A stretch of 64,000 bases of DNA from Carcharhinus amblyrhynchos (Eukaryota), in NCBI GenBank assembly GCA_965287045.1, contig OZ336873.1, positions 52,452,001 to 52,516,000 of the forward strand, in the 5' to 3' direction. The translations under genes and the position numbers were made by a program. The notes beneath the pieces are model-generated. The model was not told the DNA's origin. It searched no databases and saw nothing but the letters and a program-made list of their open reading frames with translations. This document shows, one piece after another, positions 1 to 14,693 of this stretch. Position 1 is the first letter of the stretch; every line of letters starts with the position of its first letter.

Positions 1-101
1 AAGCTTGTGAGTTTACTATCAAATAAATCAGTTGGACTTAAACCTGGTGTTGTCAGACTTCTTACTGTGTTTACCCCAATCCAACACCAGCATCTCCACA
101 T
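1..101 (+). mobile_element. Penelope-type short element, truncated by the window start
   Basis: aagcttgtga...aaataaatcagttggacttaaacctggtgttgtcagacttcttac...catctccaca; same family as 18055, 32934 and 34420. Confidence 0.6.
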
Positions 102-2012
102 CACTGCAGAATATAAACCAGAAATATTTATTGTGCTGAGTCAATTAAACACTCTATCACAGACTAATCTGTGTTCTTGGTTTAGGAATGTAAAAGATTC
201 ACCCATATCTCTAGTAATCTTCAGCAATTCCAGTGAGTGCAAGCTGAAAGTCCATATATGTAACGTAGCTTGGCTATGATGACTGTAGTTAAGTAGCTCT
301 TTCATCCAGACTCAGACAGAGTACAGGTACTTCGGAGCAGCAAGGCTTACAAGTGGAACTACACCCAAGAATCAATCACTATATCCAGAAGAAAATAAAG
401 ATAAAAGTATTTATTCAACTAGAAGTACCAAGTTTGATTAGATGTGCGGCATTATCTGAAGTACAGCGGTAATTGTGTTTGAATCCTTTCACTTTAGTGT
501 TCTTTCATGATGGCTCAGTGATTGAACTAGTCATGTTGTGTAATTCTGAACTCCATGATCCAGGAAGCTCCCAAATTTAAATACAATTAGCCACTGACAA
601 AGCAGCAGTGAAGGGCTATATAGTTAGCTCCAGTATTCTTAAACCAAGGAGGTTGGGATTGTGCTGCATGTAATCAGTGTCTGATATGCATGTGAAGCAT
701 CCATGATGTGGGAATACCTGAGAAAGACTGAGACTTAGGAAAGAGAAACAGTCAACATTCATTTGTTTAGTAACCCTGACTTTCAGTTTGCTGCATTAGG
801 GACACATTTAATGGCTTTTCGCTCCAATACCCTGACTGGCAGATTATTCCAAACATTTGCGACTCTTGAGGTGCTCCTCCTGCTCTGCTTTAAATATTTT
901 ATAGCTTCTGCTCTTACTGCAAAGCAAGTCTTGGAAGAAATTGTGTGGGCTTGCCCATCTATATAGTACCTTTAATATTTCATGTACCTCATTGAAGTCA
1001 TTCCCTTTAACTGGTTTGAGCTACTCTTGAGGGAAAGAAATTCATTAAAATGCATTAAATATTAAATGGTATATAGCTGGGTAAACTCATTATTATTGAA
1101 AAGTGGAGCAGAGCCTCGAATGAAAACCCTGCAGTTTCTGCAATGCTTTGTGCAAAAGCCAGCCGGCCTCATAGTGTTTACACTTTTATTCATTTCTTGC
1201 TGTTTGGTCCTATTTATGGTTTATCATAGCAGAGGTTTGAAATGGGCTTCTTTTCACATTGTAGCTTCATTAGTGGGTGAATCTTAAATCAGAACCCCCA
1301 GTCCTCTTTGAGTGTAATTTGGGATATGAAGAATTTCCTGAGAACCTAGATTGGGTATGTTGTTTGTAGCTTATTTTGCTGCTTTCACGACTGCCATGAT
1401 GTGAAATCGATTCCACTTGCATTTCTGATCTTATTGTTTTAGAGGGAATTCCAGAATCTTGACCCAACAGCACTGAAGGAACAGCGATATAGTTCCAAGT
1501 CAGAATGGTTGGGAGCTTGCAAGTAGTGGTGTTCTCATGTGCAACTGCTCTTCTTCTGTGTTTGTGTTCATGCCAGCTAAAAAGCTGCTTGAGTGAGGAA
1601 TTGGGTCTAGTCAATTCTTGAAAAACATTTCCTGCCCCTGCTGTGGATGTGGCTATGCCATTACAGTCCTTGTGACTGCCTGCTGTGCACTCCCAGTTCA
1701 ACATTAACTGGGACAGGATACTTATTCAGAAGAAGGTTATGTCTTCCTGATGGTGCTCACCAAAGTTTAGATCACATGCTCCCATGACGGACATGGGCAT
1801 GTTGTTGTCATGGTTGCCAACTAATGAGAGTTGGAGACACACAGCTGAAGGCAAGGGGTGATGTGCATCAGTTTCCCTGTTCCCCACTGAAATGGCTCTC
1901 ACTGCTTAGAGTCATGAATGCTGTCTTTCTGAAATCACTTCTGGCCAGTGCTGGGTAGATTGGATGTGCAGTGCTTGCTGTCCCTTGGGATTTTCCCACT
2001 CTTTCGCTGAAT

Positions 2013-2340
2013 AGGCGTGGCATGGTGGCACAGTAGTTAGCACTGCGGCCTCTCAACGCCAGGGACCCAATCTCGATTCCAATCTCGGGTGACTGTGAAA
2101 TTCTCCCCATGCCTGCATGGGTTTCCTCTGGTTGCTGCAGTTTCTTTCCACAATCCAAAGATGTGCAGGTTAGGTGAATTGGCCATGCTAAATTGCCCCT
2201 TATTATCCAAAGATGTGTAGGTTAGGGGGGATTAGCAAGCTAAATGCATGGAGTGGGTGGGCCTGGATAAGATACTGTTTCGGAAAGTGGGCTGACCTGA
2301 TGGGCTGATTGGTCTCTTTTTGCACTATAAGGGTTCTATG
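2013..2340 (+). mobile_element. tRNA-derived HE1-like shark SINE
   Basis: A/B-box head (gtggcacagtagttagcactgc...ctcgattcc), body 'gatgtgcaggttaggtgaattggccatgctaaattgcccct', CR1-like tail 'ggttctatg'. Confidence 0.75.
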
Positions 2341-2411
2341 GCCTAACTTGTGCACCACTCAATACAAACAGAATGCAACACAATCACTGCACACTACCTG
2401 TTTTCATGCAT

Positions 2412-3025
2412 TTTTAAATTCATTCACCAAATATGGGTATTGCTGACAAGACCAGAATTTATTGCCCATCCCTTATTGCCCTTGAGAAGAGGGTGTGAAC
2501 TGCTGCACTCCATGTTTTGTAGATCCAGCGACAGTGCTGTTAGAGGGAGTTCCAGAATCTTGACCCAACAACACTGAAGGAACAATGTTTGTTTCAAGTT
2601 AGAATGGATGGGAGTTTGCAGGTTGTGGTGTTCCCGTGTGCAACTGCTCTCGTTCTAGGTGTTTACGGACATGGGTTTGAAGGGTGCTGTCAGAGGAGCC
2701 CTAGTGAGTTCCATCAGTGAATTTTGTAGATGGCACTGGGTGGAGGGAGTGAGTGCATGAGGTGGTAGATTGAGTGCCAATTAAGTGGGCTCCATTTTCC
2801 TGGGTGATGTCAACCTATTCAAAGTTACTGCAGCTTCATTTGTGCGGACAAGTGGAATGAATTTTTTACATTTATTCAAGGGATGCATTTATTGCCCTTA
2901 AACAAAAGATGTCTCCAATTGCCCTTGAGAAGGTGCTACTGTGCCACCTTGAACTGCTGCAGTCTGAGCAATAATACACCCAACAGTGCTGAGAGGGAAT
3001 TTCAGGATGTTGACCCAGTGACCAT
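2412..3025 (-). mobile_element. 3' fragments of a CR1/L2-superfamily LINE
   Basis: Matches blocks at 1430-1600, 5310-6480 and 60960-62070 (gagttccagaatcttgacccaac, attgcccttgagaagg). Confidence 0.6.
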
Positions 3026-3134
3026 AGAATTCCTACACTGCAAACTTTCCAAAACAGCATCTTACCCAGGCCCTCCCACCCTATACTTGATATGTGGGAA
3101 TTGTTTAAAGATCTACTGATCAGTGTTCATCACT

Positions 3135-5120
3135 AGCATGCCCCAGTAAGGGGGAAGGATAAGAATGGTAAGGTAAGGGACCCTTGGGTCACACGGGAGG
3201 TTGTGAATTTGGTCAAAAGGCAAAAAGATGGTTTAGGAAGGTAAAATTGGGCAAGGCCTGTGAGGAATAGAAAGAACTCGAGCAGGGAATTAGGAGAATA
3301 AAAGAGGGCCCATGAAATGATCTTGGCAAGTAGCGTTGAAGAGAATCCCAAGGCATTTTGTACATTCATTTAAAAACAGGAGGTTAACTGGGGAGAGGGT
3401 AGAACCACTTAAAAATAAAGGAGGGAACTTGTGCTTGGAGGCAGAGGATGTGGGTAAAATCCTAAATGTACACTTTGCTTCAGTATTTGCCAAGAAGAAG
3501 GACATGGAGGATAGCATGATTAGTGATGAGCATACTAATATGCTAGGGCATTTTGAGATCAAGAAAAGTGGTACAAGGTCTTGAAGAGCATTAAGGTAGA
3601 TATGTCCCCAGGACCCAATGGAATCTACGCAAAGTTGAGGGAGTAAGAGGAAATTGCTGGGGCTCTGGCAAAGATCTTTGTATTCTCGCTAGCTACTGGA
3701 GAGGTTCTGGAGGCCTGGCGAGTAGCTGATGATGTTTCTCTGTTCAAGAAAGGAAAAAAAATCATCCAGGAAATTACAGACCGGTGAGTTTCATCGATGG
3801 TTGGTTGGGAAGCTGTTGGAGAGACTCTTAGGGATAGGATTTGCATGCACTTGGAAAAACATGGCCTAATTGGGAAAAGTCACTATGGCTTTATAAGGGT
3901 CAGGTCGTGTCTTACTAACTTGAATTTTTTTTCAGGGAAGTGATGAAGATATAGATAAGGCTAGAGCAGTGGATGTTATCGACGTGGATTTTAGTAAGTC
4001 TTTCAACAAGATCCCGCATGGTAGGCTCATCCAGAAGATTAAGATGCATGGGATCCACAGTGATGTGGCCGCTTGGGTAGAGAATTGGCTTGCCCATAGA
4101 AGTCAGACTAGTGTTTGAAGGCTGTTTGTCTGGTTGGAGGTCTGTGACTAATGGTGTTTCGCACGGATCCGTACTAGGGCCTTTGTTTGTCGTCCAAGTC
4201 ATTTACATATATCACAATGTAGATGAGTGGGTTAGTAAGTTTGCAGAAGACACACAGCGAGATGGAGTTGTGGATAGTGTAGAATATTGTCAAAGTATAT
4301 GGTGGCATATAGATCAGTTGCAGATATGGGCAGAGAAATGGCAGATGGAGTTTAATCAGGGCAAATGTTTTGCACTTTGGGAGATCAAATGTTAAGGCTA
4401 AGTATACAGTTAATGGCAGGATCCTGAACAGCATTGATGTACAGAGGGATCTTGGGATCAAGTCCATAGCTCCCTGAAAGTGGTGTAACAAATAGGGTGA
4501 TAAGGAAGGCGTATGGTATGCTTGCCTTTATTGGTTGAGGCATTGAGAAAGAGTCAAAAAACTTTGGTTAGGCTGCGCTTTGAGTATTGTGTTTAATTCT
4601 GGTCGCCATCTTTATAGGAAGGATGTGGAGGCTTTGGAGAGGATGCAGAAGAGGCTTATCAAGATGCTGCTTGGATTAGATGATATAAGCTATAAAGAGA
4701 GGCTAGACAAACGAGGGTTATTTTTTCTGGAACAGCAGAGGCTGCAGAGAGACCTGATTGAAGTCTATGAAATTGAGAAGCACAGACAGGGTTGACAGCC
4801 TGAATCTTTTTCCCGGAGTTGAAATGTCTTAATACCAGGAGGCATGCTGTTAAGGTGCGAGGGGAAAATTTAAAGGAGATGTGAGGGGTAAGTTTTTTTC
4901 AGAGTGGGAGGTGTCTGGACTGCACTGCAAAAGGTTGTGGTGGTGCAGACAGATATGATGGGGATGTTTAAGCGGCTTTTGGATAAGCATATTAATATGC
5001 AATGAATCGAGGGATATGGAACAAGAGCAGGCAAAATGGGTTAGTTTAATTTGGCATAATGTTTGGCACAACATAATGTGTTGAAGGGCGTGTTCCTGTG
5101 CTGTACTGTTCTATGTTCTG
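3135..5120 (+). mobile_element. CR1 LINE, 5'-truncated, decayed ORF2
   Basis: RT remnants (GVSHGSVLGPL, SKFAEDT, WAEKWQMEFN, RKDVEALERMQKR); tail ctgtactgttctatgttct. Confidence 0.9.
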
Positions 5121-5302
5121 TCCCTGTAATCCTGCACATTTACTGCGGCTAATCCACCTAACCTACACATCTTTGGAGTGAGAGCACGCGGAGGAAACCC
5201 ATGCAGAATTGGGGAGAACATGCAAACACCAAACGCAGTTACCCTAGGGCAGAATCAAATCTAGATCCCTGGCATTGAGGCAGCAGTGTTAACCACTGTG
5301 TT
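5121..5302 (-). mobile_element. HE1-like SINE fragment
   Basis: Reverse complement of the SINE body and head (acctacacatctttgg...ggaaacccatgcag...aggcagcagtgttaaccactgtg). Confidence 0.7.
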
Positions 5303-5309
5303 GTGACAA

Positions 5310-6480
5310 TGGAGGAGCACCAATATATTTCCAAGTCTGGATGGTGGGTGGCTTGGAAAGGAACCTCCAGATGGTGACATTCCCATGTATCTGCTGCCCT
5401 TGTCCTTGTAGTCGTTGTGCGTTTGATAGGTGCTTTGTAAGGAGGCTTGTGAGTTGCTGCAGTGCACCTTGTAGATAGTGCAAACAGCTGTTACTGTACA
5501 TCAGTGGTGGAAGGAGTAACTGCTTGTAGATGTGGTGCCAATCAAGTGGGCTGCTTTGTCCTGGATGGTGTCATACTTGAGTGTTGTTGGAGCTGCAGTC
5601 ATGCCGAAAGTGGAGAGTATTCCACCACACTCCTGACTTGTGCCTTGTAGATGGTGGACAGGTTTTGGGAAGTCAAGAGGTGAGCTACTCACAGCAGTAT
5701 TCATAGCCTCTGATCTCTTGTAGATACTGTATTTATATGGCTAGTCCAGCTCTGGTGAATGGTACCCCCAGGAGGTTCATAGTGGGGGATTTAGTGATGG
5801 TAATGCTGTTGAATGTCATGGGACAATGGCTAGATTCTCTTTGGTTGGATATGGTCATAGTCTGGCACTTGTGCGGCACGAATACTTGCCATTTGATAGT
5901 CCAAGTCTGGCTATGTTTCAAAATAGATTGCTTCAGTATCTGGGGAGTCTCATTGTGCTGAACATTACATCTGACCTTATGATGGAAGGGAGGTCATTGA
6001 TGAACCAGCTGAAGATTGTTGGGCTTAAGATGCTACCTTGAGGATCTCCTGCAGTTGTGTCCTGGAACTGAGATGATTGACCTTTGACAATCACAACCAT
6101 CTTCCTTTATGCCAGGTATGACTCTAACCAGCACAATGCTTACCCCTGATTCCCTTTGACTCCGGTTTTGGTGCGACTCTTTGATGCCATACTTGGACAA
6201 CTGCAGCCATAATGTCAAGGTCAGTCACGCTCACTGCACCACTGGAGTTCAGCCCTTTTGAGCCAAGTCTATAATGAGGTCAGGGGCTGAGTGACCCTAG
6301 TGGAACCCAAACTGAGTGTCAGTGAGCAGGTTATTGATAAACTATTCCATTGTGACTTGCTTTGTAGATGACGGATAGCCTTCATCTTTGGAGAGTTATG
6401 AAATGAGATATTCATTGCAGAATGCCCACATCTGACCTGTTCGCGTAACCACATGTTTATATGGTTGTTCCAGTTAAGTT
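5310..6480 (-). mobile_element. CR1/L2-superfamily LINE 3' fragment, decayed
   Basis: Minus-strand RT C-terminal peptides 'AAPTTLKYDTIQDKAAHLIG' and 'WQVFVPHKCQTMTISNQRES'. Confidence 0.75.
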
Positions 6481-8321
6481 CGTGGAACATAGCGACCCAT
6501 CTAAATATTGTTGCAGATTCACAGTAATTCATAGGGTCTGTGTTACGCTGTTAACTGTCAAACCTCAAATTGGCTTATCTCTATTGGATCCGGCTCTAAT
6601 ATTGAGGGACGATTCATTTCAATATTGATTCAATAATCAGGAGACTAGCATGGTTCATGGTGGCTAATTAGTAACTTTTTTTATTGACAAAAATACAATC
6701 TGACTACCTCTATCTGAATCTCAATCTCTCTCTCTCTCTCTCCCCATATCTTGTGTATCTATGTATGTGTAAATTTGTATATGAGTACCCATCTCTATTA
6801 TATGTATTATATAGCTTGTTCTCTTGCTCTAACTCATGTTCTCTCTTTCTCACTTTCCATACGTCTCGCTCATCTTGCATTCATTCACTCATGCTCGCTC
6901 TGTATATCTTGCTAGCTCTTGCTCTTGTGTTCACTTGCTCTCATGCCCGCTCTAGCTCGCTTCCTGGACACTAGGAGGAGAATTTTAAATTGTAGGAACT
7001 TGGGAATCAGGAATCAATGTAGTTGAGTGAGTACAGGGCTGCTGATCAGTGATAATAGTGTAACATAGACTTCAATCAACAGAGTTTTGATTGAGTTGAA
7101 GTTTTTGGAGCATGAGAAACTGGCCACGGCAGCATTGGAATTGCCCAGTATGTTGTTAACAGCAGCATAGATAATCCTAAACCTGAGTGGTGATGGTAGT
7201 TACACAAGCCCTGATACAAACCAATAGAATTGAATCATTGAATGGTTACAGCACAGTAGGAGGCCATTCAACCTATATCTGGGCTTCCTCTCTGAAGTAG
7301 CAATTCACTAAGTGCCGCTCCCTGCTTGAGATCAGCTAATTTTGGACTGATCTCAGACCTTTTGATCTTTGTTGGTTGTGATGATTGGGAAGTTCCAACA
7401 GTGCATTTTAATTCCAAACCAGAGCATCCTTAATGGAGATAGTGATATTTCAATTTTCTGCATCAGACAGTCTCTATATTTAAAACCACTGATCTAAAGC
7501 TTGCATTGGAAAGGTGAATGGAATTGATGAATGCAATGTCCAAAACATTAATAATCTTTGGTAATTTCACCTGATAAAATAGAACTTGACTTGCTCATTG
7601 TGTATTTTTGTTGGCCTGATTCTAAATGGGCAGAGTTTCAGAAACTAATCCCAAAATTGCTGGTTAAAAATCCTGAAATGTGATGTAATGAATGTGGAAT
7701 TTAACTTAAATTGTGCTCTGGTTATGACTTAACTGATTGTTGGCTATTACAGAATTTATTACTGACTAACATAGTAACTTGCCTGGGAATGGAGATTTCT
7801 TTGTCTGTTCCTTTGAATTTTAGCATTCATGGAAGAGGTGTTGTTACCTTTCCTTACTGATTGTGGTCTGTGGGTTAAGAAGTTCAGTATCCAGTCACAG
7901 AGAGCCATGCCCCAAGCCACAAAGTGTGGAGATGAGTCTCGTAGGAATAATTATGCTAGAAAACACTAGCTGTAGTCTTATAAATAAGAGTCTGACATAG
8001 GTGACTTTATCAAGATGTTCCAGGGTTGATTGCAAGGTCAGGGAGATGGTGTCTGCTGTGGACCTGTTGCAGCGGTGGTCCCTGTCTAAGAATGCTGACA
8101 GGTGACCCCTTAATTTCTGCTAGTGTTTACTTGAAGTTGGATTTTGCGCTGCAGAAGGATATTCTGGTACAGTAGCCTTGTAGCTTCACAATTTCTTTCC
8201 TAATCCAGCTAAGCTACTGTGTTTGGTCAGAAGATGGGAAATGTCAACATTTCATGATGCAACGCATTGGTGAACCAGACTGCTTTGTCACCAAGTGCTG
8301 GTATTTTGTTAACTTGCTTGA

Positions 8322-8555
<234 letters not shown>

Positions 8556-8873
8556 TAGAGGGATTAGATTTAGGATAATGAGACTGCCATGGTGTAGCCT
8601 TTGTCCGTTTGTGAATCCTGAGGGTTATGCTGTTAACACTGGGATTTTGAGGTTTTTCTCAAGAATAATTGTTGAATCCAGTGCAAATTGCTTGTTAAGT
8701 GACCTGTGCAAGTTTTAATTGAATTGCTGCCATCTCTGTTTAATACCAGTGACCTTTAAACAGTAACGGCATCTTTTCTATACTGTACAGTTTCACTTCT
8801 GTACTGAAGACTTATTTAAGCACCCACATCCAACATTGGATGGTAACAAGTAGAAATGTTCTTTGTTGGTTGA

Positions 8874-9131
<258 letters not shown>

Positions 9132-9137
9132 TAATAG

Positions 9138-9275
<138 letters not shown>

Positions 9276-9539
9276 TGAGTGTCAACTGCAGCAGTGTGTA
9301 CAGCATTCCAGTGAGATTTGTGGGCTGAGAATCCTAGAATGAGGCAATACAGATCGAGGCTGTTCCTTCTCTGAATTTTTAAGCAATAGTGGTTTTTGGC
9401 AAAATGCGCTACAATCTGTTTGTGTTAAGTATTTACAATCTAGGCAAGAAAAAATTTAATATGATTTAGATAAGGATTTTGGGTGCGTACAGGCACTGAT
9501 GTGTCTTGGCTGAATAACTAGCCAGTATTCACTGTCTTA

Positions 9540-9880
9540 GAATAGAATCATAGAATTCTTACAGTGCAGCCTGAGACCATTCAGCCCATCAAGTCTGCAG
9601 TGAGTCTCTGAAAGAGAATCCCAACCAGACCCTATTCCTGTAACCCCACATATTTACGCTGCTAATCCCCCTAACCTACACATCTTGGGACGTTAACGTG
9701 CAATTTAGCCTGGTCAATTCACCTAACCTGCACACCTTTGGACTGGGGGAGGAAAATGGAGCACCCAGAAAAACCTACATAGACATGGGGAGAAAGCGCA
9801 ACCTCCACACAGTGACCTGAGGCTGGAATTAAGCCCAGTTCCTGGTGCTGTGAGGCAGTAGTGCTAACCAATATGCACAG
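9540..9880 (-). mobile_element. HE1-like SINE
   Basis: Reverse complement of a full SINE, from tail (atagaatcatagaattcttacagtgcag) to head (gaggcagtagtgctaacca). Confidence 0.75.
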
Positions 9881-10039
9881 TTCCTGACTAAAATAAGTGA
9901 TTAAATAGAGAACGAAAATCATTACTGATTCTTGTGAAACTCCATCTCTTCTGAAGGTCCCAAGGCAGAAGGCTTGCTGCTGCTTTGAGAGTTCAACTTG
10001 AATGTGTTACTTGCTGTTGGGTTGTATATTCAGGCTGGA

Positions 10040-13000
10040 TTTCAGAGCTCAAACTCTGTCGTGGCTCACTGGCATTGCAAGGCTGAGTGGATAGCATGTT
10101 CAGAGAGGTGGTCACTCTGCAGCTTAAGGGCCTGGAGGCAGAGAGGGAATCAGTGACTGCCAGGCATCTGAGATCTAGGCAGTTAGCCTAGGGGTGCTGA
10201 GGTCCTACTCAGAAATCATCTCCTGTTTTGCAAGCTGATGAAGGTCCTGGCTCCTCAGAAGCTTCTGTTGGTGTAGTGGATAAGGTGGCTGACGTTGGTG
10301 TAAGTTGTGATGTAATCAGAAAATTGCAGGTTCAAGACCTGTTGCGATTGTTGTCGGCACAGTGGTTAGCGATTCCAGCCTTGCGTAAATGTCCACGTGG
10401 AGTTTGCACATTCTCCCCATGTCTGCATGGATTTCCTCTAGGTGCTCCAATTTCCTCCCACAGCCATGCTAAGTTGCCCCTTAGTGCCCAGTTCAGGGAT
10501 TATCAAGGTAAACGCTATGGGGTTGTGAGGATTGGTCTGGGGTTGGGCTGTCATAGTTGATGCAGAAGCGATGGGCTAAATGGCCCCCTTCTGCACTGTG
10601 GGGATTCTGCAAAGTGCAGTCAGAGCCAGGGTTGTGGCACCATGAGCAGCTTGGTTGCTCAGGAAACAGGGAAGCAAAAGGGAAGAGCAGTAGTGAAACG
10701 GGATTCATTAGTTAGGGGAACAAACAAGAGTTTCTGTGGCTGTAGACGTGGCTGCAGGATGGTATGTTGACTCCCTGGTGCCACGGTCAAGGATATCACA
10801 GAGCAACTACATGACATTTTTCTGCAGGATTGTGAGCAGCTAGAAGTTGTGGTCCACATTTGGCATCAATGACATGGGTAGGAAAGGGGTTGTGTTCTGC
10901 AATCAGATTCAGGGAAATAGGTAGAAAATTAGTAAGCAGGACCTCAAATGTAGTAATCTCTGGATTACTCCCAGTGCTGTGTGGAAGTGAGTACAGGAAA
11001 TAGAGGATAAAGCAGATGAATATGTGGCTGGAAAGATGGTGCAGAAGGGCTTTTGTTTCCTGGGACACAGAGATTGGCTCTGGCTCTGGTGGAGATGGCA
11101 TCTATACAAGCTAGATGGGTTGCACCTGAATAGAGCAGGGACTGAGTTCCTGGAGGCGTGTGTTGCTGTTATTGTCGGAGGGCTTTAAACAGAGGTGTGG
11201 GAACCAAGTGGAAATATTAGAGGAAAACCAGGATAGGCAAAATGTTGGAAGAGACAGAAAACACTAGTATAGAGAGTAGTAAGTTAATAGGTGAAGACAG
11301 AATAGGGAGAAAGTAATGATGTCTAAATCAGGATTACTGTACATGTATGTGAATGCACAGAGTACAGTGAATAAGATTGGGGAGCTACAGGTGCAGATTG
11401 CGATGTGAAAATTGTGGAAGTGTTGTGGCAATAACAGAAACCTGGCTCAAGGGCAGGACTGGGTGTTCAGGAAAGAAACGAAAGGGCAATATTGGCTAAG
11501 AAGAGCATTCCAGCGATGGAGAAATAAGCAGTCCCAGAGGATCCAAGGACAGAATCAATTTGGCTAGAGCTAAGGAAGAAAAAGGGTGTAATTATATTGC
11601 TCGGTGTAGTCTATAGATCGCCAACTAGTGAGAATGATGTAGAAGAGCAAGTCTGTAGGGAAATTATAGGCTGGTTTAATGGGGAACTTTAACTCCCTGA
11701 GTGTACCCTGAGACTGTGGTACCGTAAAGGGCAGAGAGGGGCAAAAATTACTGGATTGTGTTCAGTAAAATTTTCTACAGCAGTATGTGTCCAGTCCAAC
11801 AAAGAATGCACTGTTGAACATATTTCTTAGAAATTAGGTGTTAGTGCAAATCATTTAGGAGACAGTGAACATTGAATTATAAGGTCTAGGATGATCATAA
11901 ATAAGGTAAGTAGGCAATCCAAAGTAAAAATAATTAACTGGGGGAGAGCCAACTTCAGTGTGGCGAGTGAAGCTGAGTTGGTTAGACTTCAATGAAAGGT
12001 TGACAGGAGAAACTAAACAATGGGCTACCTTCAAAACAGAAATGGTTTAGGCATAGTCCAGATGGATTCTCAAGGGAGCAGTAGGGCAAACAAATCCAGA
12101 GCTCACTGAATGAAAAAGCAGATAGAAATTAAGGTCAGGAAAGAAAAGTGTGCTGGTGACACATGACGGGTAGAAAATACGTTTGAGAACCAAGAGGAAT
12201 ACAGAAGGTTCAGAGAGAAGATTAAAAAAAAATTAGCAAAGCAAAGAGGGATTATGAGAAAAAGACTGGCACTTAACATAAAGAGGAATCCCAAAGTTTT
12301 CTATAGGTGTATAAATAGTAAAATGGTGTAAAAGGAGTAGGACTGATTAGGGACCTAAAAGGGAATTTAAATGTGGAGGCTATGGGCTTGGCTGAAGTAT
12401 TAGTTAATACTTTGCATCTATCTTTACCAAGGAGGTAGATGCTATCCAGGACATGGGTAGAGGAAACTCTGTCCCTCGAAGGGTTCAGAATTGATGAGGA
12501 GAAAGTGTTGAATTGACTGTCGGTACTGAAAGTTAACAAGGCATCGGGACTGGATGAGATGCATCCAAAGATATTGAAGGAAGTGAGAATGGAAATTACA
12601 GGGGTGCTGGCCATAATCTTCCGGTCTTCTGTAGACTCTGGAGAGGTGTCAAAGGACTGGTGAATTGCAAATGTTACTGCCTTGTTCAAAAAAGTTTGTA
12701 AGAATAGCCCCAGCAATTACAGGCCAGTCAGTTTAATATTGATGGTAGGCATGTTTCAAGAAAGAATTATGTGGGATAGAATTAGTACTCGTGGAAAATG
12801 TGCAATTAGGAAGAGCAGCATGGATTTCTAAAGGGAAAATTGTATTTCACAAACTTGCTGGAGTTTTTTAAGGGGTTAACTGAGGGCTGATGAGAGTAAT
12901 GCTTTCGATGTTATATAGTTAGACTTTCAGCAGGCATTTAATGCAGTACAACAGACTTGAGAAGTTATAGCTCATGGAGTAAAAGGAATGTGAATACAAC

Positions 13001-14043
13001 ATTGACTGAATAATAGGAAGCAGAGAGTAACAGTCAGTAGATATTTTATGGGTTGGAGGTAGGTGTGTTCCAAGGATTCAGCATTGGGTCCCTTGCTTTT
13101 TCTGATATATATTAATGTTGAAGATCTTGGTGTACAGGGGACAATTTCAGTCTGAAGTCTGTAGATGATGCAAAACTTTGAAGTATTTTAAATTGTGAAG
13201 AGGAGTGTGTAGAACTTCAAAAGGACATAGACAAATTTGTGGAGTGAACATGTAGGTGGCAGGTGAAGTTCATCGCAGAGAAGTGTGAGGTGATGCATTT
13301 TGGTATGAAAAACATGGAGGCGCAATGTAAAATAACAGGTAAAATTAATCAGGGAATGTAGGAGCTGAGGGACCTGAATGCATATGTGCATAGATCATTA
13401 AACAAGGGAGGACAGGTGAAGAGAGACCATTTAATAAAGCCTATAGTATTCAGGGCTGCTTTAATAGGGGCATATGAGCTTATGCTAAGCTGGTTAGACC
13501 TCAGCTCGAATATTGTGTACAGTTCAGGGCACCACAATGTAGAAAGGGTGTAAACACATTGAGGAGGGTGTAGAAGAGGCTTACGAGAATGGTTCCAGGG
13601 ATGACGAACTTCAGTTATGAACAGAAATTGGGACTGTTTCCTCGGAGAGAAAAAAACTAAGAGCAGATTTGATAGCAATGCTCAAAATCATGAAGGAGTG
13701 CTGGACTCTGTAAATAAGGAGAAACTGTTCCTGCTCTCAAAAGGACCTAAAACAAAGGTGCAGACTTAGTGATTTGCAAAAGAAGCAATTATGATACAAG
13801 GAAAAAAACATTCTCATACAAGTGGTTCAGGTCTAAAATGCACTGCCTAGACGTGTGATGGAGGCAACTTCAATCGAGGCATTTAGGAGGGTATTTGATG
13901 TTTCTATTTCAAATAATTAATGTGTAGGGCTTTGGGGACAAGGCAGGGGATGACACTAAGCCATGATGCTCATTTGGAGAGTCAGTGCGGACACAATGAG
14001 CCGAATTGCCACCTCCTGTGCCATAACAGTTCTGTGATTCTAT
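10040..14043 (+). mobile_element. Near full-length decayed CR1 LINE (ORF1 esterase-like plus ORF2 endonuclease/RT) in a PHAF1 intron
   Basis: ORF1 SGNH-like remnants (LPGATVKDI, VVISGLLPV, YKLDGLHLNRAG) at ~10760-11150; ORF2 remnants at 11330-13900; tail ttctgtgattctatga. Confidence 0.85.
10355..10610 (+). mobile_element. HE1-like SINE nested in CR1 ORF1
   Basis: cggcacagtggttagc...gtggagtttgcacattctccccatgtctgc...ccttctgcactgtggggattct. Confidence 0.7.
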
Positions 14044-14649
14044 GAAGACTACGCTTTAATCATTTTTAAGAATCATCTTGCATCAGTCTGTCTTGATAGC
14101 TGCTTTACTGATGCTGTGTTTAGCTTAATGGGTTTACTGTTGCTGCTTGATTGGAAGATGCATATTTTTAATCCATAGACCTACACGAGTTATAATTTTC
14201 TCGATAATGTTTCTATGCTCTTTGGTTGTCAAAGCTTCAGCAATAGTAGAAATTTAAGAATAGATTAACCTCAAAAGAATACCTCAGCTTGGTAAGTGGG
14301 ACATCAAAAGTGACACCTTGTGCTTTTGAAAACTCCATTGTGACCGGTGGGGAAACAGTCCCTTCTGTTGTCAGGGAAAGATTTGTTATATTCAAGCAAT
14401 TATTCATAGATTTATAATTTGATTGAGAGTTAACTTTTTTTCAGTTCCAGGTCGGATAGAAATCTTAACTTCTAAATATTAGTTGGGTCTCAAAGGCCCT
14501 GTGGGTATTTGGTGTGTGAGAGTCTGATTTCTTTGGGCTATTGAGTTCAGTTTTGGAGTTTTTAACCTCCCAAAACCCAGGGGAGTTGAAATCTCAGCTA
14601 TTTTGTGGAGTGGATGACTGCGCACATTTCAAAGACTTTTTTTTTGCAG

Positions 14650-14693
14650 ATACCATCGCTGTGATTTCAAGATCCCACTTACAGTTAAACGAG
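14650..14693 (+). CDS. PHAF1: PHAF1 coding exon
   Basis: ttttgcag|A TAC...CGA G|gtgaga; YHRCDFKIPLTVKR; phases agree with both neighbours. Confidence 0.9.

Noticed and set aside
6720-6965. 96-aa ORF rich in Leu and Ser
   Set aside because: Low-complexity (CT)n/ctcg-derived sequence.
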